64,000 nucleotides of DNA, taken from IMG/VR virus record IMGVR_UViG_3300020451_000536. The stretch is one strand, 5' to 3'. The position numbers and the translations under genes are program-made. Source of the stretch: an uncultured virus (IMG/VR IMGVR_UViG_3300020451_000536). Taxonomy: Duplodnaviria; Heunggongvirae; Uroviricota; Caudoviricetes. Under the pieces are notes generated by a model. The model ran no database searches. It saw only the letters and a list, made by a program, of their open reading frames with translations, and was not told the DNA's origin. This document shows positions 1-9,063 of this stretch, piece after piece (within the stretch, counting starts at the first letter, position 1; each line of letters starts with the position of its first letter).

Positions 1-1
1 C

Positions 2-580
2 TGTCATATCATATATTGTTTTTGCAACTATTGGTTTAAATTGTGTTGCAATATAAGTACCTAATCTAAATGACATAATATAAATTCTACCATTTAGTTC
101 TTTAGTATCATTAACATTACGAAAGATAGGCCCAAATGCACCCCACAGATTATCACCATCATTCCACCTTTTTACTGGTGATTTATAACCATAAGAACCA
201 CACTCTAATCTTAAATCATTCATAAAGAAATCAGAACAATAATTGAATTTAGGTGGGGCACTAATTACACCTAATCCATATTTACTATATGGATATTTGT
301 AATCATCATATTTTTCATGAACTCTATCTTTTTGGTTTAGTGTTATATAATCGGTAAAGTCTGCACTTTGTAATTTACGAAAATTATCAACAACCTTTTT
401 CTTTTCAAATTTTGCAAGTGGAAATGGTGGTTTTACATTTGTAATATATTCTGCAAGAGTCTTACGAAAATCTTCTTTACCATAGTCATCTATGGTTTTA
501 AGAAATAATTCTGTTCTCATAACTGGTAAACCAGTTTCATCAGAACATTTTCTTAATAAATCATATAGTTCTTTATTCAC
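2..580 (-). CDS. Partial ORF (runs off window), probable SAM-dependent DNA methyltransferase N-terminal half
   Basis: GTG at 580 overlaps the gp43 stop (TAGTG). The frame is open to the window edge and ends ...FRLGTYIATQFKPIVAKTIYDMT, a segment I recall preceding the SAM-binding motif in marine phage MTases. Catalytic motifs lie outside the window. Confidence 0.55.
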   Translation of the reverse strand, partial: MNKELYDLLRKCSDETGLPVMRTELFLKTIDDYGKEDFRKTLAEYITNVKPPFPLAKFEKKKVVDNFRKLQSADFTDYITLNQKDRVHEKYDDYKYPYSKYGLGVISAPPKFNYCSDFFMNDLRLECGSYGYKSPVKRWNDGDNLWGAFGPIFRNVNDTKELNGRIYIMSFRLGTYIATQFKPIVAKTIYDMT

Positions 581-3066
581 TAAAAGAAATCCTCAAGTGT
601 ACCTTGTGTTCCATAGGTACGGTCTATATTCCATTTTATCGTATTTAAAATTAATGTCAAGGGGTCAATGAAAACTTTTTCAAACTGTATATCGTAATCA
701 ACAAAACTGTGTATATCAAACTCTTTAGGAAGTTTGGTAATGTATGTGATTACATTTGAAGTAAAAGGATTAGGTTGTTTTAAATAAACAAACTTAATCT
801 TATCTCCCTCTTGTATCAAAGGATATTTGTTTATAAGTTTATTTTGTTTTATCTTGTGATTGTATATCAACGCACCTTTTATGTGCATAGGTGTTGACTT
901 TTTAAATGTTGTTCCACTATCAAAGTATTTTGATAAACCTTTTACTGAACGAGGAAACGAAATCAGTTCTGGTTTTACTTTAAGAAACTCTTCTCTAAAA
1001 TTAATTACAAACTTGTTTAATTCTTTTTCATCACTTGTCATTATAAGTTCAAGTGCATCTTTAATCTTTTGTCTACACATTGCAGGCGTTGATGACTTGA
1101 CAGCTTCAATACCCATCATCTTCAACTTAGGTTCTTTGTATGATACACCTTCACTATCCCAAACATTTAGAATATATCTTTTCTTTGCAACCCAAATACC
1201 TTTGTCTGCAATCACTTCTCGTTTCATAAACATCTTGTTTGCAAATGCATTTGTGTATTGTTTAAGTTCATCATACGATTTTGTAATATATGGTTCAATA
1301 GATTCTGATGCAACCTTATCTAGAAAGTTTATTGTTTTAGATAATGCATTATCACTTTTAATTGTTTCAGTAACAAGTTTATCCATAGTCAAATAAACAG
1401 AATCAGTATCAGATGCAATCACATAATCTTCATCTGTTTTTAAAATATTGTTTAAGTATTTGTTAAGTTTGTTTTCAATCCAACGAATAGATAACTGACC
1501 ACTCTTTGTAATACCCTCTGCAATCGCTTTGTCGTAATAACGAAAGTATTGATTACCTATTGCACCATAAGCAGAGTTCAAAGAAATCTTACGAGCCATC
1601 TGAATATTGTTATAACGACTTATCAGTTTTTTATACTTGTTGTCTTTTGTGTTTTCAAATTCTTGTTGTGCAGATAACATTTTCTTTTTGTAAGTCACTC
1701 GTTCATTGTATAACTCTTCCATCATAGTTGGTAAGAAACCTTTTTTATCTGTTCTAAACAATGCACCATTTGGTGTCATAGTAGTTTTGTCTGGTATGTT
1801 TAGTTTGATACCTTTTAACATATCATCAACTGTAATATCTTGATGTTTACTTTTTAGTAATGTTTCTGGTGAAAGATTATACTGCATAATCAAATGTGGA
1901 TATAGTGAATTCAAATCAAATGACACAACCCACTTATGTAAACCAGTAATTGGTTCTTTTACATATGCACCTTCATATTGTTCGTTTTTACTGTGTGATG
2001 ATTTTTGTGGTATAACAATCTTTCTTTTTCTCAAGAAGTTGTAGATTAAAATATCCCAATATTTAACTTGACCAAATACATCTGAATAATTTACTTTACC
2101 CTCATAGGCCATAGTAAGTGCAAGGTCAATCAGACCCATTTTATCTTCTAGTTTATCAACGATTTCCACATCTTGAATATTGTAGTCAATGAAAGATTGA
2201 AAGTCATTTTCATACCACTCTCTAAATGTTTCATATGGATTTTCATCTTTCTTTTCACCAAGTTCAACACTTGCGATATAATCTAACTTGTATGATTCTT
2301 GTCTGGTATAAGTAAACTTCTGATAGAGTTGTAGGTAATCATATTGTGATACACCCATAATATCATACATCAAATGGTTTCTACCCATACTATAAATTTG
2401 TTTAGAACTAACATTTTTCCAAGGCGATAGTTCTCGCATTTTATCTTCACCACAAACTTGTTTGATTCTATTTGCAAGATAAGGAATATCAAAGAAGTCT
2501 GTATTCCAACCAGTAATGACATCTGGATAATTCTTTGTCCAGAAAGACATAAACTCCATAATCAAATCGTGTTCGTTAGGACAACGAATATAAGTAACAT
2601 CTTCTCTTGTATTCTTGTAAGGTTGAATACCCCACACTATAATCTTTTTAGATTGTTGATTTTTTACTGTAATAGAAAGTAAAGGTTCTATTGCAGATTC
2701 TGGATTAGGAAAACCATTCTCACATTGAACCTCAATATCAATCGTCATAATTAATAGTTTATCAATGTTCCAATTTACCTTTTGTGGAAATGTATCTGAA
2801 ATATATGTGTATGCGAATCTGTTTAGTCCGTGAACAAGATGAGGCTGACTTTCATATTTAAGAAGAAAGTCTTTTGCATCTTTTATACAATTAAATTGAT
2901 ATGGTGTTACAGACTTACCATCAAGAGTTTTCCAATCAGTTTGTTTCATTACTGGAACAAACAAAGTTGGTTTGTATTTTAATCTAAAATTAACTCTTTG
3001 ATTTTTATCAACACCACGAACTAAAAGAAAATTACCCCATTGTACAACATTAGTATAAAAATCCAT
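580..3066 (-). CDS. gp43: Family B DNA polymerase (T4 gp43)
   Basis: ExoI DIEV, YNIQDV, SFDLNSLYP, KISLNSAYG, SDTDS, KKRY motifs; 828 aa, no intein. Confidence 0.98.
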   Translation of the reverse strand: MDFYTNVVQWGNFLLVRGVDKNQRVNFRLKYKPTLFVPVMKQTDWKTLDGKSVTPYQFNCIKDAKDFLLKYESQPHLVHGLNRFAYTYISDTFPQKVNWNIDKLLIMTIDIEVQCENGFPNPESAIEPLLSITVKNQQSKKIIVWGIQPYKNTREDVTYIRCPNEHDLIMEFMSFWTKNYPDVITGWNTDFFDIPYLANRIKQVCGEDKMRELSPWKNVSSKQIYSMGRNHLMYDIMGVSQYDYLQLYQKFTYTRQESYKLDYIASVELGEKKDENPYETFREWYENDFQSFIDYNIQDVEIVDKLEDKMGLIDLALTMAYEGKVNYSDVFGQVKYWDILIYNFLRKRKIVIPQKSSHSKNEQYEGAYVKEPITGLHKWVVSFDLNSLYPHLIMQYNLSPETLLKSKHQDITVDDMLKGIKLNIPDKTTMTPNGALFRTDKKGFLPTMMEELYNERVTYKKKMLSAQQEFENTKDNKYKKLISRYNNIQMARKISLNSAYGAIGNQYFRYYDKAIAEGITKSGQLSIRWIENKLNKYLNNILKTDEDYVIASDTDSVYLTMDKLVTETIKSDNALSKTINFLDKVASESIEPYITKSYDELKQYTNAFANKMFMKREVIADKGIWVAKKRYILNVWDSEGVSYKEPKLKMMGIEAVKSSTPAMCRQKIKDALELIMTSDEKELNKFVINFREEFLKVKPELISFPRSVKGLSKYFDSGTTFKKSTPMHIKGALIYNHKIKQNKLINKYPLIQEGDKIKFVYLKQPNPFTSNVITYITKLPKEFDIHSFVDYDIQFEKVFIDPLTLILNTIKWNIDRTYGTQGTLEDFF

Positions 3067-3073
3067 AATGTAT

Positions 3074-3101
3074 ATTATATCACCTTTTTAAAAATAGTCA
3101 A
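3074..3101 (-). promoter_or_regulatory. sigma70-type promoter for gp43
   Basis: TTGACT-N16-TATAAT with extended -10 TG; ATG 7 nt after the -10 box. Confidence 0.65.
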
Positions 3102-3337
3102 CCCTCAAATAGTTCATCAATTTCTGGAAAATATTTTTTCATTGCATCAATTAAATCTTCATAATGTGCAACTTCTTTTAACTCTTTTTCTATTTCGTTA
3201 ATAATATCACCGTGTTCACCTATTCCAACTGGATTTGAGAGTAACACCTCAACATTTGCAAGATGTTTTTTAATATGTCCTTCTGAATGAGCTAGAAAGG
3301 CAGTTATAAGTCTATTTCTAATCGCTTTTTGGTTCAT
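3098..3337 (-). CDS. Conserved hypothetical protein of marine T4-like phages
   Basis: ORF with NPVGIGEHGDI motif; ATG at 3337 after AGGA preferred to the 3361 start. Confidence 0.7.
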   Translation of the reverse strand: MNQKAIRNRLITAFLAHSEGHIKKHLANVEVLLSNPVGIGEHGDIINEIEKELKEVAHYEDLIDAMKKYFPEIDELFEG

Positions 3338-3743
3338 CAGTTTCCTCTTTCTTTTTTCCAATGTTATATTTTGGTTCTAAAACCCATTCACCTTTTTCTT
3401 TGAAAGAGATAACTTTTATTTGTGATAATGGAGCTTTGGTTTCTGGTTCGTTCTCAAAACTAACTAGTCCCCAATCCTTCAAAAGACAGGCGATAGAATT
3501 TCTTCTTCCTATATCGTTCTCTGATATGTTGTGCTCTTTACCGTCAAGTGCAAATAGTTCTTTGAAGTGAACTATGTAATATTTGCCTTGTTTGTGTAGT
3601 ATGTGACAAGATTGAAAGAGTTTCTTTTCTTTCCGAGATGATACTCCGATTCTAGAAAGTGTTTCTCTAACCTTTAGAAAATCATCTGGTTCTTTTAAAG
3701 AAACTTCTAACATCTTATCTGTGTTCCATAAAGTTTCGTTCAT
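3318..3743 (-). CDS. regA: Translational repressor RegA
   Basis: DDFLKVRETLSRIG, QSCHILHKQGKYYIVHFKELFALDG; synteny gp62-regA-gp43. Confidence 0.97.
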   Translation of the reverse strand: MNETLWNTDKMLEVSLKEPDDFLKVRETLSRIGVSSRKEKKLFQSCHILHKQGKYYIVHFKELFALDGKEHNISENDIGRRNSIACLLKDWGLVSFENEPETKAPLSQIKVISFKEKGEWVLEPKYNIGKKKEETDEPKSD

Positions 3744-4141
3744 TTTTTCATTCCACCTTTATTCAGTTTACTTTTGATGAACTCTATTTGTTCACCGTTC
3801 AGTATGTCAAGAATTGATTTAGCTTTAGAGTTATTATATCCATAATATTCTTTCACATACTCAAGGTTTTTAGATTTACTTTCCTTTATCCAAGGTGCAT
3901 ATCTTTTCCTTGTTCTTATAGTATTTAGTAAAAAGTCATACTGCAACTTCTTGTCTTTGTCTAAAACTGAACCATAACGATTCATTTCATTCACTAATAA
4001 GATACAATCATTATGTGGTGCAAGACATTTATTAACGATAAAAGGACTATACTTTTTTTCATACATATCGTCATCACCGTCCATAAGATTATTCTTATTG
4101 AAGTTTATAGAATTGAGATACTCTTTTAATTCATATGCCAT
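3740..4141 (-). CDS. gp62: Clamp loader small subunit
   Basis: YSPFIVNKCL, LQYDFLLN..R.RKR, VKEYYGYN..KA; synteny. Confidence 0.92.
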   Translation of the reverse strand: MAYELKEYLNSINFNKNNLMDGDDDMYEKKYSPFIVNKCLAPHNDCILLVNEMNRYGSVLDKDKKLQYDFLLNTIRTRKRYAPWIKESKSKNLEYVKEYYGYNNSKAKSILDILNGEQIEFIKSKLNKGGMKK

Positions 4142-4905
4142 TACTTTGGGCTCTGTGCAAGTATCTTTTGGTCTGCAAGTAAAGGCATAGTTTTTAGTTC
4201 TATCTCAAAGTTTGCAGATAAAGTTCTTCTTTCCCCCTCACCATAAAACGGTGATACAGAATGTTTTAACCAATTAGGAAACATTAAGAGTTTACCAACT
4301 TCTGGTTTTACAAATGCTTCTTGAACTGGTTTTAATTGTTTAATATCACTAGTACAGTTCATACCCCAACTAAAAAATGTAAAACCATCAGTAGTACCAG
4401 ATGCATTATTTAAATCTAGTTTAAGTCCACCAGTCTCGTATTCTTTTGCACTACCAGATAGTTTTTTTATCTGTGGTGGTACTTTTAAATATAAAATGCA
4501 AGACATTCCAGTGGGTGTATTAACACCGTGGTCGTGTAGTGGATTATAATCACCTTCATAACTATGAACTGTCCACATAGATACACAATCACTTTTTGCA
4601 TCTGCACAACCTAAAAATGATAGATACGAGTGTGTAAAACCTTCAAGAAGTGCTTTCAAACCTTTTACTGGTTTATCTTCAAAGTCCATATCTAGTTGTG
4701 CAGACTTTTTATTTGATTTGATTTGTCCTACAAGTTCGTGTGAAAAACTTTTTGCACTTCCTCTTACACCGTCAATATATTCGTTAAATTCTTTTGTAAC
4801 ATACTCTGGTAAGAATACTTCCAACATATTTAATGCTGGTTTAGTAACCATTGACATTTTAATATCTTTTGCAAGACTATATGCTTCTTCTTTTGTATCA
4901 ACCAT
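4141..4905 (-). CDS. 2OG-Fe(II) oxygenase (TIGR02466-like)
   Basis: YNPLHDH (HxH), SCILYLKVP, LLMFPNWLKHSV, ERRTLSAN. Confidence 0.85.
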   Translation of the reverse strand: MVDTKEEAYSLAKDIKMSMVTKPALNMLEVFLPEYVTKEFNEYIDGVRGSAKSFSHELVGQIKSNKKSAQLDMDFEDKPVKGLKALLEGFTHSYLSFLGCADAKSDCVSMWTVHSYEGDYNPLHDHGVNTPTGMSCILYLKVPPQIKKLSGSAKEYETGGLKLDLNNASGTTDGFTFFSWGMNCTSDIKQLKPVQEAFVKPEVGKLLMFPNWLKHSVSPFYGEGERRTLSANFEIELKTMPLLADQKILAQSPK

Positions 4906-4913
4906 AATAACTC

Positions 4914-5852
4914 CTATTTAAATTTACACTCACCCATCATCTGTGTTAGACAAGCAAGTAAATTAATTTCTTGGTCGGCAACAAATGCAGCTTTGTATTG
5001 ATAGTCTGCAATCAATAAAACTGCTGTTGCGATTGAACGACCATCTTCAAAATACTCATAAAGATTGTCATACATTTTTCTAAATATTCTAGCAGGGTCA
5101 TTGTCTAGATTATTAACAACCCACTTTCTCATACTTGTAAAATCTTTTTCTCTCAAGAATGTGATTAAATCTCTCATATTCTTTTCAGATAGATTTACTA
5201 ATATTCCACTATCAATTTGTCCAGAGGTAGAATATCTTTGTAATTCATTAAGACATCTTCTCCAATCTGGAAAGAACTTCATAATTAATTCTGCAACAAC
5301 TCTTTCTTCAAACTTTACATTCTCTGTTGTGAGAACAGTTTTAATACTAGACATAAATTGTTTTGCAAGATTAGGTTTTTCAGTTTTAGGAATATTAAAT
5401 TCAACAACACTACAACGACTATGTAAAGGTTCTATGATTCTATTCTTAAAATTACAAGTAAGAATAAATCCACAGTTCTTGTGGAACTCTTCTATCATAC
5501 CACGAAGTGCTGGTTGTGTTGATTGTGCATTTAGATAATCTGCCTCATCAATAATGATAAACTTTCTACTACCTTCTAACGACATAGTAGATGCAAAGTT
5601 CTTCATCTTATTACGAAGTACATCAATACCAGATTCTTCAGAACCATTAATCATAATATAATCATAACCTATTTGTTCTAACATCGCCTTTGCAACTGTT
5701 GTTTTACCAACACCAGGCCCTCCAGTTAGTAATAGATTAGGAATACCATTCTTAACAAACTCAGAAAAAGTTTTCTTTAGATTTTCTGGTAATACACAAT
5801 CTTGTATAGTTTTAGGTCTATACTTCTCAACCCATAAAAAGGTGTTATTCAT
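4914..5852 (-). CDS. gp44: Clamp loader large subunit (AAA+)
   Basis: LWVEKYRP, Walker A GGPGVGKTT, IIDEAD, SRC motif. Confidence 0.97.
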   Translation of the reverse strand: MNNTFLWVEKYRPKTIQDCVLPENLKKTFSEFVKNGIPNLLLTGGPGVGKTTVAKAMLEQIGYDYIMINGSEESGIDVLRNKMKNFASTMSLEGSRKFIIIDEADYLNAQSTQPALRGMIEEFHKNCGFILTCNFKNRIIEPLHSRCSVVEFNIPKTEKPNLAKQFMSSIKTVLTTENVKFEERVVAELIMKFFPDWRRCLNELQRYSTSGQIDSGILVNLSEKNMRDLITFLREKDFTSMRKWVVNNLDNDPARIFRKMYDNLYEYFEDGRSIATAVLLIADYQYKAAFVADQEINLLACLTQMMGECKFK

Positions 5853-5861
5853 TTAACTCCC

Positions 5862-6536
5862 CTATGAATTGTATGTTGATTCTGGTTCTAATGCAATAAA
5901 ATAAGATACATCTAAATTCTTATGTTGGAAATAAGAAATACCTTTAGATGAAACTTGAACTTTATAATCACCAGGCAATAGTTTTAAATTCTCTACTTTA
6001 AAATAGAATTCAAAAAATGCAGATGCACCACTACCGATTGTGATTGCAAAGTCATTTGATGCTTTGTTCTTTTTATCTTTTACTTTAAGTTGTATTGTAC
6101 TATCTTTTTGACCAGTTAATACTAAATCAGTAACACCAAGTGTACCAGCGGCTGTGATAACTTTCTTTAGATTGTCTTCTGTAATATCTACCTCTACATC
6201 AATAGAAGGCATTTTAATTTCTTTATCAACTGTTACAATAACAGATGGGTCAGAATAATGATACTTACAACTTGAACTGTTGTCTTCTTCTGCAATAGTC
6301 ATATACTTGTCAGAGAAAGACAGAACTGGTTCTTTAAATAAAGACATAGCTGCAAGATACTCATTTAAATTATAGATAGGAATCTCTTGTGAAAACTCAT
6401 CTGGAACAGTTGCAGATGCAACAATGTTTTTCATTGCAGATACAGTTTTTAATTGATTACCTTGTTTTATTAAAATGTTTTGATTGATTTGAGAATAGTT
6501 TTTTAATATCTCTTTAGTCTGATTTGACAATTTCAT
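5862..6536 (-). CDS. gp45: Sliding clamp
   Basis: MKLS..T..ILKNYS.IN, IYNLNEYL, KVENLKLLPGDY, YFIALE; synteny. Confidence 0.95.
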   Translation of the reverse strand: MKLSNQTKEILKNYSQINQNILIKQGNQLKTVSAMKNIVASATVPDEFSQEIPIYNLNEYLAAMSLFKEPVLSFSDKYMTIAEEDNSSSCKYHYSDPSVIVTVDKEIKMPSIDVEVDITEDNLKKVITAAGTLGVTDLVLTGQKDSTIQLKVKDKKNKASNDFAITIGSGASAFFEFYFKVENLKLLPGDYKVQVSSKGISYFQHKNLDVSYFIALEPESTYNS

Positions 6537-6757
6537 TATTTAGTTTCCTTCACTTCAATAAGTTTATTTAAGTACCATTGTGCTTTCTTTAAGTCTTCAG
6601 TACCATTTTTATAATTATATCTCCAAATATATTTTAATATATTGCCTTGAAGATAGTTTTCAAAACCATCACCAGTTGCACATTGAATTGCATCTATACA
6701 TTCAATACTTTGTTGATTGTAATGTGGTGGGTGGTTAACATTATCTATTTTTTTCAT
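6536..6757 (-). CDS. DUF3310 family protein (T7 gp1.7-like nucleotide kinase domain)
   Basis: VNHPPHY, IECIDAI, GNILKYIWRY..KNG.EDLKKAQWYL. Confidence 0.88.
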   Translation of the reverse strand: MKKIDNVNHPPHYNQQSIECIDAIQCATGDGFENYLQGNILKYIWRYNYKNGTEDLKKAQWYLNKLIEVKETK

Positions 6758-6763
6758 AAAATC

Positions 6764-6792
6764 ATTATATATTAAAGGTGGGGTTTTGTCAA
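6764..6792 (-). promoter_or_regulatory. Consensus sigma70 promoter for the DUF3310-gp45-gp44 operon
   Basis: Perfect TTGACA-N17-TATAAT. Confidence 0.8.
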
Positions 6793-6799
6793 CCCCACC
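6777..6799 (-). terminator. Hairpin downstream of hsp20, possible intrinsic terminator
   Basis: GGTGGGGTT-gacaa-AACCCCACC 9-bp stem followed by only a short TTT tail. Confidence 0.55.
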
Positions 6800-6806
6800 G
6801 ATAAAT

Positions 6807-7238
6807 TTATTTCACTTGAATCGTTTGAGGTTTCTTGTGGTCAGGCACGATTCTTTCTAATGCAATGTATAACATTCCATTTTCCATTTTTGCACCTTTC
6901 ACTTTCATCTCATCTGATAAAGTAAAACTTCTTTTGAAACTTCTATGAGAAATACCTTTATGTATCATAGTTGTATTCTCATCTATTTCCTCTTCTAGTT
7001 TTTTAGAAGAAATAGTTAAGTTTCCCTCCTTTAGTTCAATATCAATGTCTTTTTTGGAATAACCAGCCAAGGCCATCTCAATTTGATAGTTGTAGTCATC
7101 ATTTCTGACTATGTTATATGGTGGGAATCCACCACTTGTTGTGTGAAAGTCAGTATCAAAAAGTCTATCAAATAGACTATCAAAACCAACTGTGTACGGT
7201 GTTAACCTATTACGGTCTAATGTTGCTAAAGTATTCAT
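6807..7238 (-). CDS. hsp20: Small heat shock protein (Hsp20/IbpA-like)
   Basis: GFD.LFD, FPPYNIV, IEMALAG, HKGIS.RSF.RSF.L, A.MENGML.I.L. Confidence 0.96.
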   Translation of the reverse strand: MNTLATLDRNRLTPYTVGFDSLFDRLFDTDFHTTSGGFPPYNIVRNDDYNYQIEMALAGYSKKDIDIELKEGNLTISSKKLEEEIDENTTMIHKGISHRSFKRSFTLSDEMKVKGAKMENGMLYIALERIVPDHKKPQTIQVK

Positions 7239-7242
7239 ATCT

Positions 7243-7405
7243 ATCTCCTTCTTTAAGCAAGATTAATATTTGAGTCCCAAAAAGGCAACTCATATGGTGG
7301 GGTTTTTTTGTTAGAGATAAACCCCATAACTCTATTTATTTATGACACTAGGGTAGGTATATTATATTGTGTCATTAAGGTGTCTTATGAACAGCACCTC
7401 ATCTA
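7243..7405 (-). ncRNA. Structured hsp20 leader, ROSE-like RNA thermometer
   Basis: AUCUUGCUU-AAAG-AAGGAGAU hairpin sequesters the SD with a bulged G (UUGCU motif); four more hairpins lie upstream. Confidence 0.7.
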
Positions 7406-7413
7406 TATTTATA
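7406..7413 (-). promoter_or_regulatory. T4-type late promoter upstream of hsp20
   Basis: TATAAATA exact match in intergenic DNA. Confidence 0.55.
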
Positions 7414-7453
7414 TAATTATACACTACCACAGAGTCAATAATTTGTCAAGTCC

Positions 7454-8407
7454 CTATACTGTTTCTGCCATTTTTAATGCAGTATCAAGTGCTTTCAACT
7501 TAACTCTTCTGTTTCTACCATACCAAGCAGAAGTAAGTCTTCCGTCAGTAGTAGAACCTTGTTGGTGGTCAGTATTAAAAGTAACAGCATTAAATGCCTG
7601 CCACCAAGTACCTTTTGCATACTGATTACCAGGCTGAGTTTCAATAACCTCAAACGCTTTCTTACCATTAACTGTTGTCGGAACAGACTTATCTTTAACA
7701 TCTTCATCTTTGATATTAGATGGATAAACTTTGTTAAGATACTCAACAAGTCTTTCAGTAGTATATCTTTTACTACCAAGAAACTCTGCCATAGTCTTAT
7801 AATTATCCATTTTTTCTCTTGCAATACCAAGTTGTTCTTTAACCATTTCTGGATTAAACTGTCTTCTGTGGTTTACTTTTACCATAGAATCACTATCGGT
7901 ACTCAAAGATAAAGTCAAAGTATTATTACAAACAACCCTAATAGGTGTCATTCTAATATCAATAGACTTACCAAACTGATGTGGATTTGAAAACAACATA
8001 TAGTTTTCTACCTCATCACCTTTGAATAATTCAAAACTTTGTTTAACTTTTGCAAGAGCCCATACCATTTTACCGTCCATTAAAGAACCAGCAGTATGCA
8101 TCTCTAAATCACCAGCTTCAACATACTCAGAAAAGAAATCAAATGCTTCTTTGTTTTGAACTGGATTCCAGTTTTGTCCTACACTTGGTGCAAGAACTTT
8201 GTTATCAGAACTTCTAACTAATGCAAACGAACCAGTCTTTTCTTGTCCAGACGGCGCATTTACATAAGTAGGTAGTTTTTCAACTGACCAATTAAGACCA
8301 GATTGTTTTAACATCTCGTCAGTTGATAAATCGTGTGGAACTTTTGTTCCTAATCCGTGCCAAGGCACTTCACCAGCATAAGCCATAGTTTCAACTAATG
8401 CACTCAT
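7454..8407 (-). CDS. DUF932/DUF945 family phage-plasmid protein (TIGR03299-like)
   Basis: VETMAYAGEVPWHGLG, PVQN.EAF.FF, TPIRVVCNNTL, GTWWQAFNAVT. Confidence 0.9.
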   Translation of the reverse strand: MSALVETMAYAGEVPWHGLGTKVPHDLSTDEMLKQSGLNWSVEKLPTYVNAPSGQEKTGSFALVRSSDNKVLAPSVGQNWNPVQNKEAFDFFSEYVEAGDLEMHTAGSLMDGKMVWALAKVKQSFELFKGDEVENYMLFSNPHQFGKSIDIRMTPIRVVCNNTLTLSLSTDSDSMVKVNHRRQFNPEMVKEQLGIAREKMDNYKTMAEFLGSKRYTTERLVEYLNKVYPSNIKDEDVKDKSVPTTVNGKKAFEVIETQPGNQYAKGTWWQAFNAVTFNTDHQQGSTTDGRLTSAWYGRNRRVKLKALDTALKMAETV

Positions 8408-8457
8408 AATATACTCCTTTTTTTAATTGTTATTATGTTATTTGTTATCATAACTAT

Positions 8458-8485
8458 ATTATACTTGTTTTTGGAACAATGTCAA
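8458..8485 (-). promoter_or_regulatory. Early (sigma70) promoter for the DUF932 gene
   Basis: TTGACA-N16-TATAAT with AT-rich upstream DNA; AAGGAG SD downstream. Confidence 0.75.
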
Positions 8486-8585
8486 CCCCTTTTTATATTT
8501 TTTTGATATTTTATTTATGAATATACTTTATATTTTTTATACAAAATACTATATAAAGATATAGACCAAGCCATAGGAGATTCAA

Positions 8586-8654
8586 ATGAATTTATTTACG
8601 ATTACAATGTCAGTATTCACAATATTAATGAGTATAGGAATGGGAATCAACTAA
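8586..8654 (+). CDS. Unannotated 22-aa hydrophobic peptide MNLFTITMSVFTILMSIGMGIN
   Basis: AGGAGA SD 5 nt upstream; ends just before the terminator; below the ORF-track cutoff. Confidence 0.5.
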   Translation: MNLFTITMSVFTILMSIGMGIN

Positions 8655-8684
8655 AAAAAAAAGGGAACACGAAGTTCCCTTTTC
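8653..8684. terminator. Bidirectional intrinsic terminator
   Basis: A-tract, GGGAAC-acgaa-GTTCCC stem, T-tract; a 10-U tail on the minus strand. Confidence 0.85.
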
Positions 8685-8685
8685 T

Positions 8686-8739
8686 CTATACTATGTAAGG
8701 TAAAAGTAAATACCCTACAATACCTATTGCAATCCACAT
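8686..8739 (-). CDS. Unannotated 17-aa hydrophobic peptide MWIAIGIVGYLLLPYIV
   Basis: GGAG SD 6 nt upstream; last ORF before the terminator; entirely apolar. Confidence 0.5.
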   Translation of the reverse strand: MWIAIGIVGYLLLPYIV

Positions 8740-8742
8740 ATT

Positions 8743-9063
8743 TTACTCCATATGTACAACTACCCATTGTCCAAACTCTCTGCAAGCCATACCTACACGA
8801 TTAGTTCCAGTAATAAACTTTTTACATCTTTTACTTTCTATATCGTGTATTTCTTCGGTTCTGTCAATATGTTGACCGACTTGACCACCAATGAATAGAC
8901 CTAGTAGTCCACTAGCTGCAAGTGTATATGGGTCAGTAACATTTAATTGTTTTGCACCAACTACACCTAAAAATGCACCAACACCTTCAAATAAACCTTT
9001 TTTGGGTTGACTCAAAGCACTTGTTGATGCAAACAGAAAAATTAAGACAATAAATAATCTCAT
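8743..9063 (-). CDS. Secreted glycine-zipper (2TM-like) protein
   Basis: Signal peptide MRLFIVLIFLFASTSALS; GAFLGVVGA...GLLGLFIGGQVGQHID; TAATG coupling at 9063. Confidence 0.7.
   Translation of the reverse strand: MRLFIVLIFLFASTSALSQPKKGLFEGVGAFLGVVGAKQLNVTDPYTLAASGLLGLFIGGQVGQHIDRTEEIHDIESKRCKKFITGTNRVGMACREFGQWVVVHME

Noticed and set aside
1395..1415. ASDTDS instead of YGDTDS in polymerase motif C as a sign of altered chemistry
   Set aside because: The catalytic DTDS is intact, and I recall this variant as common in marine T4-like polymerases.
7240..8745. tRNA genes in the intergenic gaps
   Set aside because: No cloverleaf or T-loop GTTCRA consensus seen; the hairpins are better explained as a leader and terminators.
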